This document shows, piece by piece, positions 15,105 to 21,957 of a stretch of DNA of 32,000 bases. This DNA comes from Thermofilum pendens Hrk 5. Its GTDB lineage: Archaea; Thermoproteota; Thermoprotei; Thermofilales; Thermofilaceae. The notes beneath the pieces were generated by a model. That model did not search any database, was not told the origin of the DNA, and saw only the letters and a list, made by a program, of their open reading frames with translations. Each line of letters opens with the position of its first letter. The stretch's first letter is position 1. A program made the translations under genes and the position numbers. The stretch covers positions 1,140,001-1,172,000 of the forward strand of contig NC_008698.1 of the NCBI RefSeq assembly GCF_000015225.1. The letters run 5' to 3'.

Positions 15105-16223
15105 ATGAAGGAGAAGTTGTTGCTGGTCTTGAGCCTCGCCAGCGTTGCTCTCATCTTCTCGTTGCTACTGCAGGCACTGGTCCCCGTTTCCGGCTTCTAC
15201 GGCCCCGTGGGTGCTTGGTGGGCGCTGGACTTCATCGGCTACGCGCTTGCGATGGCTGTGCTCGTAACGGCTCCGTCCCTCTTCGGCAAGTACCTCACCC
15301 CGACACCCTCAAACCTAGGGGTGTTGAGGTCCTCGATGATCGCCACGATGGCCGGCGTGCTGGGCGGGTTTGGGCTCGTAGCTTTGGGGGTTTCGAGCCT
15401 GCTTGGCGCGGAGCTCACAGGCCAGCTTCTCTCCCTGGCTATAGTCTTCGCTCTCGTGCCCTCGCTCTTCTCCTGGCTCTTCTCCCCCCTACTCATAAAC
15501 GTCATGTACGGGTGCAAGCCGGACCCAGTGCTCCAGGACATAGTCAACAGGGTCGCGCAGAGGGCCGGGATGAAGCCGCCGAAAGCTGTTATCGCCACCC
15601 GTATGCGCGAGCCTAACGCCTTCGCCTATTCCTCCCCGCTGTTCGGGAGCTACGTCGCCGTCACGGAGGGCATGATGCGGCTCGCCAAGGGCGAGGAGCT
15701 GGAGGCGGTCATAGGGCACGAGCTGGGCCACCACAAGCACAAGGACAACACCGTGATGCTGATCTTCGGGCTAATACCCTCCGTCGTGTACTTCCTAGGG
15801 CGCTTCCTGGCGTACATGGGCTTCTTCTCGTCCGGGGCCAGGTACGACGGCGACGGGGAGAGGAGAGGGGGAGGCGGGGGCTTCCTCCTGGTGCTCGTCG
15901 GGATAGCCCTCATGGCTGTAAGCGTGATCATACAGCTGGCCGTGCTTGCCCTCTCGAGACTGAGGGAGCACTACGCCGACGTCCACGGCGCCATGGTGAC
16001 ATCCCCCGACGCCATGATATCGGCGCTAGCGTCCCTCGACTCATACTACGGTAGCCGAGAGGTGGCGAAGAGGAGGGTCGAGGACAGCAAGCTCAAGATG
16101 TTCTTCATCTACGCGCTCGCAGAGCCGCTGGTAAGCCTCGAAGAGCTGCTCGCAACTCATCCGCCGATAGAGAAGAGGATAGCCTTCCTCGAGGCGCTCA
16201 AGCGCACCTCTCTCCGCGCTTAA
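15105..16223 (+). CDS. htpX: Membrane Zn-metalloprotease, peptidase M48 / HtpX-like
   Basis: 372 aa, multiple TM helices, HExxH as VIGHELGHHKH, C-terminal ATHPPIEKRI block. A TATA-like aaagctttaagcttt lies about 33 nt upstream. Confidence 0.87.
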   Translation: MKEKLLLVLSLASVALIFSLLLQALVPVSGFYGPVGAWWALDFIGYALAMAVLVTAPSLFGKYLTPTPSNLGVLRSSMIATMAGVLGGFGLVALGVSSLLGAELTGQLLSLAIVFALVPSLFSWLFSPLLINVMYGCKPDPVLQDIVNRVAQRAGMKPPKAVIATRMREPNAFAYSSPLFGSYVAVTEGMMRLAKGEELEAVIGHELGHHKHKDNTVMLIFGLIPSVVYFLGRFLAYMGFFSSGARYDGDGERRGGGGGFLLVLVGIALMAVSVIIQLAVLALSRLREHYADVHGAMVTSPDAMISALASLDSYYGSREVAKRRVEDSKLKMFFIYALAEPLVSLEELLATHPPIEKRIAFLEALKRTSLRA

Positions 16224-16255
16224 ACACGAAATAAGAATAAATACTATTTTCCGCA

Positions 16256-16261
16256 TTTTTT
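16256..16261 (+). terminator. Oligo-T run after htpX
   Basis: tttttt at 16256-16261, preceded by ctatttt, about 30 nt after the stop at 16221-16223. Confidence 0.35.
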
Positions 16262-16314
16262 ATCGCGCGGAGAAAGCTGAAACCGCGGGCCTCCCGCGTT
16301 TACAAACCAGGGGG

Positions 16315-16330
16315 AAAAGAAAAAAGGAAA
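16315..16330 (-). terminator. Oligo-T tract (minus sense tttccttttttctttt) after the 68-aa gene
   Basis: Plus strand reads aaaagaaaaaaggaaa, directly downstream (minus sense) of the stop at 16335-16337. Confidence 0.35.
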
Positions 16331-16334
16331 GTTT

Positions 16335-16541
16335 TTACGCTAGCCCGTGCTCCCTAAGCACTTCGACGCCTTCTCTCAGCTTGCGCGCCAACTTCTCGTC
16401 TTCCTTGACCTGTGGGGCGCCCCTCACGGAGGCTAGGAATTCCTCTATTGCGTCCAAAGCATCTATAAGCCTAGCCTCGTAGAGCCCGTCGCGCCTAAGA
16501 GTACTTGCCAGGAGCCGCGAAAGCGCGCCGATAGCCCGCAC
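16335..16541 (-). CDS. Small helical hypothetical protein (68 aa)
   Basis: GTG-start ORF with host-like GC (37/60 in one sample) and its own oligo-T terminator. Divergent from the 458-aa gene. No motif recognised. Confidence 0.45.
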   Translation of the reverse strand: MRAIGALSRLLASTLRRDGLYEARLIDALDAIEEFLASVRGAPQVKEDEKLARKLREGVEVLREHGLA

Positions 16542-16617
16542 GGTAACCCCTCGAGCACGCCCTCGCGAGGCGCCCCGTCCACCATTTAAGGAAAGGTTAA
16601 GTATTGTTGGAGAAAAA

Positions 16618-17994
16618 ATGAAGGAGGATGAGGCTGTGGCGGCTGGGGAGGCAGGAGCCGAGTTCGACGAGGAGTTCGTCCGCGGGAAGCTCAGAGAGCT
16701 CCTGAGGAAGGCGCTTTTCCACCGATATAACTACAGGGGTCTCGAGGCTACACATAACAAGGTTATGTGGGAGCTAATTAACATCAAAGCTAATTATGCG
16801 CGATACGGCGAAGCCTACGTAGAGCTTGTCAACAAGTTTGAGGTTGGCAAGGAGAAAGCCTTCAGGATCGCGCGGAAGGTGGCGAAGGAGGCTTTAGAAC
16901 GCATAGACGAGCTCGAAATCAAGAGGACGGGGAAGACAACGTGGCAGGTGAAACTTCCAGGAGAGAGATGGAGGGTCTACATATACTTAAAGCCGAGTGG
17001 CAAGTGGTGCGTGGAGATTCGCTTGTACATCAAGGTCGCCAAGCTCAGACTTCCCGATATTCTGAAGCTTCCTCCCGAGTGGTTGCGCATAGCGCAGGAA
17101 GGCTGGGTTTTCGGAGACGCAACGTACCGCGCGCGTTACAGAGAAATCGCGATGACCACTTCGCAGGCGTGGCAGGTAGCCTCTTTCCCCGGTTTCTGGC
17201 CGGGGAAGGAGGTCGAAGTGCATATTAAAAGCATAGCGATCCATGAGAAGAGACATGTCAGCATTATGTGGACCGTCAAAGTAAAGGGTGTCTGCAACGT
17301 TCCTAGGGTGTGGAGCTTTCCCAAAGTGGTGAAACAGAGGATAATCGTGGACGAAATAGAGAAGGCGAACGAAGGAGAAATAGATGAGCAAAGGGCGCTA
17401 AAGCTTGCACTGCTATACGCGGCCGATGGTGAGTATCCAGGATCAAACTCGGCTAGACGTGTACTGGAATTCGCGGTTGGCCGAAGATCCCGCTGGATTA
17501 GAACAGAGCAGTCCGTCAGGCTGGCAAAGTTGCTCCTCGAAAAGGCTCCACAGGTAGTAGCCTTCCTGTGCGCTTCAGGGTGTAGGAAGGCACAATACCT
17601 GGCGCGCCTCGCACTCGTTGAATCGCGAAAGCCACGCGCGGCGCGCCAGCAACACGGCTTCTATGCGCCCATTGCAGGAGCAATGCTGAACCTCGTGATA
17701 GTGACCACCGGAGACGAGTACGCCTACATCTACGCCAGGATGCCCGTTAGTAACGCGCCTCAAGGCTGGTACGAGAGAGCAGTAGAAGAGGGGTGGACTG
17801 TGAATGTTGTCAGGAACGCCGGTACGCTCTACTACGAGGTTCCCCAGGACTCTCTTTTCGAGCACGCGAGCGAGGATCCGGAGCTCTGGGAGGCGCTATA
17901 CAGCTTCGCCCTTGCAAAGGCACAGGCTAAGCCAGCCGCGAAGAAGCTAGTCGAAAAACTGCTAAGAATTAAACCAGCCAGGGCACAAGAATAA
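16618..17994 (+). CDS. Hypothetical protein (458 aa), no family assignable from sequence alone
   Basis: Long uninterrupted ATG ORF with TATA-like boxes at 16583-16592 and 16594-16606. K/W/Y/I-rich composition and patchy low GC, unlike its neighbours. Confidence 0.75.
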   Translation: MKEDEAVAAGEAGAEFDEEFVRGKLRELLRKALFHRYNYRGLEATHNKVMWELINIKANYARYGEAYVELVNKFEVGKEKAFRIARKVAKEALERIDELEIKRTGKTTWQVKLPGERWRVYIYLKPSGKWCVEIRLYIKVAKLRLPDILKLPPEWLRIAQEGWVFGDATYRARYREIAMTTSQAWQVASFPGFWPGKEVEVHIKSIAIHEKRHVSIMWTVKVKGVCNVPRVWSFPKVVKQRIIVDEIEKANEGEIDEQRALKLALLYAADGEYPGSNSARRVLEFAVGRRSRWIRTEQSVRLAKLLLEKAPQVVAFLCASGCRKAQYLARLALVESRKPRAARQQHGFYAPIAGAMLNLVIVTTGDEYAYIYARMPVSNAPQGWYERAVEEGWTVNVVRNAGTLYYEVPQDSLFEHASEDPELWEALYSFALAKAQAKPAAKKLVEKLLRIKPARAQE

Positions 17995-18122
17995 AGGGTA
18001 AAACCACCAGGGAAAGGTGCCTCGGCTCTCTCCTCCGTTACGAGCATAACTAGTTGTAGTATCGCACGAAATATACATATAAAAGGAAGGCCCACATCTT
18101 TTACTACGTTGGTGCAGAGCGC

Positions 18123-19310
18123 GTGCGGGAAGTTAGGCTCTACCTCTCCAGGGACAAGCTCTCCTGGCTTATGTACTCCTCGTTCTTCTTATCGTTGCTT
18201 CTCGTCAAGCCCTCCAGGAGACCCCTACTCGCGGTCCACTACGTCCACGTAGACTCCCCGTCTCTCTACGGGCTCTACTACAGGTTCCTGAGGGAGGAGG
18301 GTCTCCGGGACGCGGACGAGGCTGTGTTCAGGGGCGTCAAAGCCTTGCCCTGCGTCGTGGTCGACGACCAGGTAGTCATCGAGGGGAGGTACGTCTTCGC
18401 GAGAGGAGCTCTAAGGTTGCTCAAGTGGTACCCCTTTATAGACGTTCTCGCGTTCGCCGCGTCCTCCGCCCTCCTCGTGGCAACGGTGCTTGGCTCAACG
18501 TACGCGGCGGTCCGCCTCTTCCCCGGGGCTCCGGGAGGGCTCTTGGCGGTCCTCGCGCTCCTAGCGGCTTCCGTAGCGTTCGCCGTGGCTTTCTACAACG
18601 TGTACGTAGCGGCTCTGAGGGGGCTTGTAAGGGTATTCCTGGGAGCTCTCAGCGTGGACCCCGGAAGGGTAGGCGTGCCCCTAGACTTCGAGAAGCCGCG
18701 GGGGTGCGGAGACGTGCTCGCAGTAGAGGCGAGGGCGCTCGGACTTTCGGCTAACGCTTTCGACGCGGTCGACAAGGCTAGGACTAGCATACTGCTGGGT
18801 AGGCACGACTGGCTCAGGTGCTTCCTCGCCGCGGTCGACATCGCGCTGGGACGGGTTAAAGGCCCCGAGGAGCTCCGGAGGGAGCTCGAGCACTCCCATG
18901 AGCTTGCACGCTCCCTCAAGGCCTCCTTAGAGAAGAAGGTCTCGAGCATCGGCGGGTGGGTCTGCCCGTCCTGCGGCGCGCTGAACCCTCCTGGCAACGC
19001 TACTTGCAGGGCCTGCGGGTCGACGAGGCCTATCGCTGGGCTCGAGGGGCTGGGGCCCGTGCACGTGGATATCCTGAGGATCCTCTACTCCATGGGCGGA
19101 GAGGCGACGCACGGCGCGCTACTGTCTCGCCTGGGCTACGAGAAGCCCCAGGTCGTAGACGCTTTGAGGGCTCTCTTCGCCCGCAAGCTCATATCGCCCG
19201 CGCTTATGCAGTACGAGGGGAGGCCCGTGCTGGGCTACCGCCTGACAGGCGAGGGGGCGAAGGTGGCCTCCGTGCTGGCGCGGGAGGCTTCCGCTCGCAG
19301 AGCGCTCTAA
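18123..19310 (+). CDS. Membrane-associated protein with a RanBP2-type zinc-finger pattern and a C-terminal winged helix-turn-helix
   Basis: 395 aa. Hydrophobic helices around residues 105-175. WVCPSCGALNPPGNATCRACG (18957-19016) fits W-x-C-x2-C-x3-N-x6-C-x2-C. C-terminal VDILRILYSMGGEATHGALLSRLGYEKPQVVDALRALFARKLI...GRPVLGYRLTGEG looks like a MarR/ArsR-type wHTH. GTG start; strong TATA-like aaatatacatataaaagg at 18069-18086. Confidence 0.75.
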   Translation: MREVRLYLSRDKLSWLMYSSFFLSLLLVKPSRRPLLAVHYVHVDSPSLYGLYYRFLREEGLRDADEAVFRGVKALPCVVVDDQVVIEGRYVFARGALRLLKWYPFIDVLAFAASSALLVATVLGSTYAAVRLFPGAPGGLLAVLALLAASVAFAVAFYNVYVAALRGLVRVFLGALSVDPGRVGVPLDFEKPRGCGDVLAVEARALGLSANAFDAVDKARTSILLGRHDWLRCFLAAVDIALGRVKGPEELRRELEHSHELARSLKASLEKKVSSIGGWVCPSCGALNPPGNATCRACGSTRPIAGLEGLGPVHVDILRILYSMGGEATHGALLSRLGYEKPQVVDALRALFARKLISPALMQYEGRPVLGYRLTGEGAKVASVLAREASARRAL

Positions 19311-19374
19311 CGAAACGTCTTAAGACTCCTTCTAACGTAAGCTTAAAATTCTTCCAGAGGGTATTCCTGAGGCT

Positions 19375-20334
19375 ATGAGTAGAGGGGTAGCGGTAAAGAT
19401 ATCCAACTTCGTCAAGAAGTTCGGGGATACCGTAGCAGTAGACGGGCTGAACCTCGACATATACGAGGGGGAGATATTCGGGCTTCTAGGCCCCAACGGC
19501 TCCGGGAAGACCACGACCCTCCTAACCATAGCCACCGTGTACAAGCCTACCTCCGGCGACATCTACGTCCACGGATACTCCGTGTCGAGGCAGGGGGACA
19601 TCGTGAGGAAGTACGTGGGGATAGCCTTCCAGGAGCCTAAGGCTCTCTGGGTGGACACGCCGTACGAGCTCCTGCTGTGGCACGCAAGGGTCGTCGGGTA
19701 CTCTTCCTCGGAGGCGCGGGCAGTCGTGAAGGAGGTTATGGAGCAGCTTAACCTGTGGGAGCACAGGAAGAAGCAGTTCTACCAGCTGAGCGGGGGTACG
19801 AGGAAGAAGCTCGAGATAGCGAAGGTGTTGATACAGAGGCCGAAGGTGGCGATATTCGACGAGCCGACCGCGCAGGTAGACGTCCTCACGAAGCACGCGC
19901 TTTGGGACATTATAAGGGGTCTCCGCGATGAGGGAACCACGGTTATCGTAGCTACGAACGATATGTTCGAGGCGGAGAGGATCTGCGAGAGGCTGGGCAT
20001 AATATACAAGGGGAAGCTACGCGCGCTGGGCACCGTGAGCGAGCTCAAGGACATGGTCCCGGCCGGCGACGTCATTGAGATTTCCTTCGAGGGGCCCGAG
20101 GAAAACGTGAGGAAGCTCCTCTCGGAGCTGGAGGGCGTGAGCAACTACACGGTGACTGACCACAGCCTGAGGATCCACCTGAACAGGGGGGAGGAGAGGG
20201 CGGCCGAAATCGTGGAGCTCCTGGCGTCCTCCGGCGTGAAGGTTAGGAAGCTGATGGTTCACGAGCCTACGCTCGACGACGTATTCTTCTACTTCACCGG
20301 GGCGAGGCTGAGGGAGGAGCATGGAGCTACTTAA
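19375..20334 (+). CDS. ABC-2-type exporter ATP-binding protein (DrrA/CcmA-like)
   Basis: 319 aa. Walker A GPNGSGKTTT, signature LSGGTRKKLEIAK, Walker B AIFDEPTAQVD, plus a C-terminal accessory domain. TATA-like gcttaaaattc lies about 29 nt upstream. Confidence 0.9.
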   Translation: MSRGVAVKISNFVKKFGDTVAVDGLNLDIYEGEIFGLLGPNGSGKTTTLLTIATVYKPTSGDIYVHGYSVSRQGDIVRKYVGIAFQEPKALWVDTPYELLLWHARVVGYSSSEARAVVKEVMEQLNLWEHRKKQFYQLSGGTRKKLEIAKVLIQRPKVAIFDEPTAQVDVLTKHALWDIIRGLRDEGTTVIVATNDMFEAERICERLGIIYKGKLRALGTVSELKDMVPAGDVIEISFEGPEENVRKLLSELEGVSNYTVTDHSLRIHLNRGEERAAEIVELLASSGVKVRKLMVHEPTLDDVFFYFTGARLREEHGAT

Positions 20335-21130
20335 AGACCTCCGGGCAATGTACATGCTCGTCCTCTGGGACTTGTCGCAGATGAAGCGGAGGACGGTATT
20401 CGTGGTCATGCGCGTAGCCTGGTTCGCCCTGCAGGTAACGGTCTTCGGGCTGGCGATGAACGCGATCGTGAGGTTCAGGGGCGTGGTGGCGCAGGGGATC
20501 GACTACTACCACTTCTACCTCTTCGGGGTCTACGCCTCCATGCTCTTCTCGATAAGCGTCTCCAAGGCGTACGACGTGGCGGAGGAGTTCGAGGAGGGCA
20601 TGATCGAGTACCTGCTGAGCCTGCCGATGAAGAGGAAGATCCTATCCCTCGGGAGGTCCATAGGCGGGGGCCTCTCGGCGTTCCTGTTCACCCTGCCGAT
20701 GTACGCCGTGGTGGTGCTACTCCTCGGCGTGTACGACCCGGTAGCCGTGCTACTATCGTTGCTCTCGGCGCTAGTTTTCGCTGTCGGAGTGACGGGCTTC
20801 GTTATAAGCGTGGTGCTCAGCTTGAAGTCGAGCGACTACACGGACATATTCTTCGGGGTGCTGGACGCCCTGATAATACGTCTAAGCACGGTCTTCTACC
20901 CAGCGGTCGTCGTGGCGAAGATAGCGCCGTACTACTACGCGGCGCTGGTGAACCCCGTCTCCCACTTCGTAGACCTGCTGAGGACTTTCTTCTTCTTCGA
21001 GGAGTTCAAGCACCTCTCGGTGTCGTCCCCCTACCTGATGGCTTCCTACATACTCGGCTTCGCCGCGGGGGTTTCGAGCGCCGCGATATACATCGTCGAG
21101 AAGAGGGTCGAGGGGGGTGGGTGGAAGTGA
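20321..21130 (+). CDS. ABC-2 family permease, subunit 1
   Basis: 269 aa, about 6 TM helices. ATG overlaps the ATPase gene by 14 nt. Confidence 0.8.
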   Translation: MELLKDLRAMYMLVLWDLSQMKRRTVFVVMRVAWFALQVTVFGLAMNAIVRFRGVVAQGIDYYHFYLFGVYASMLFSISVSKAYDVAEEFEEGMIEYLLSLPMKRKILSLGRSIGGGLSAFLFTLPMYAVVVLLLGVYDPVAVLLSLLSALVFAVGVTGFVISVVLSLKSSDYTDIFFGVLDALIIRLSTVFYPAVVVAKIAPYYYAALVNPVSHFVDLLRTFFFFEEFKHLSVSSPYLMASYILGFAAGVSSAAIYIVEKRVEGGGWK

Positions 21131-21903
21131 GGCTCGACGGGATCCGGGGAGGGTTGCTGATAGCGCTCCGCGACCTCGACCGCTTCTGGAAGTACAAGTT
21201 CTGGCTGGGGGCGCAGGTAGCTATGAACCTGGCGGACATACTGATCTTCGCCGTGATATTCAACAACATAGTGAACAGGCAGTACATACCCGACTACGTG
21301 AAGTTCCTCGCTACGGGCGTCCTCGCGCTCTCGACGTTCGCCTCCGCGTTCTCGATAGGGAGAGAGGTCGGGATCGAGATAAGGAGGGAGTTCACCCACT
21401 ACCTCCTCTCCATCCCGGTCTCCAGGGAGGCGCTAGTCTTCGGGCGGATACTCAGCGGGACTCTCAGGGGGCTGATATACCAGGCTTCCTTCATAGTCCT
21501 CGCGGCGCTAATCGTCGGGACCCCCACGGCGCTCGGGGCGGTCCTCGTCCTGTCAACCTCGGCTATGCTCTCGGCGTCTATGTCTAGCCTCGCGATAGCG
21601 ATATCCACCTCTACGCGTGACTTCAACCTCCAGGCGACGTTCAGGTCCCTCACCTACTACGTGCTCTTCTTCTTCTCGAACGTCTTCTACCCGGAGGAGA
21701 TCCTCAAGCAACGCTTCCCCGGCGCTGTCGTATTCCTCATAAAGCTGTCGCCCGTCTCCCTAGCCGCGGACGTGTACAGGTGGGCGTTCGGGTACAACAC
21801 GTCTATAAACGTGTTCCACGAGTACGCCTTGCTCCTCGCCTGGACGCTGGTAACGCTCGTGCTGGCGTCGGCGCTCTACCTGAGAAACCTTACGAGGATG
21901 TAG
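21121..21903 (+). CDS. ABC-2 family permease, subunit 2
   Basis: 260 aa, about 6 TM helices. In-frame GTG starts at 21121 or 21127; the latter gives a GTGA overlap with the upstream stop. Confidence 0.8.
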   Translation: MEVRLDGIRGGLLIALRDLDRFWKYKFWLGAQVAMNLADILIFAVIFNNIVNRQYIPDYVKFLATGVLALSTFASAFSIGREVGIEIRREFTHYLLSIPVSREALVFGRILSGTLRGLIYQASFIVLAALIVGTPTALGAVLVLSTSAMLSASMSSLAIAISTSTRDFNLQATFRSLTYYVLFFFSNVFYPEEILKQRFPGAVVFLIKLSPVSLAADVYRWAFGYNTSINVFHEYALLLAWTLVTLVLASALYLRNLTRM

Positions 21904-21957
21904 CGCCCTGGCGCGTTACCGATAAATATAATTCACGAAGTGTGAGGGGTGGTCTGC

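Noticed and set aside
17404-17430. LAGLIDADG-like string LALLYAADG in the 458-aa orphan protein
   Set aside because: It is a single degenerate copy lacking the Gly at position 3 and the first acidic residue. I could find no second motif or recognisable homing-endonuclease core, so it is too weak to call.
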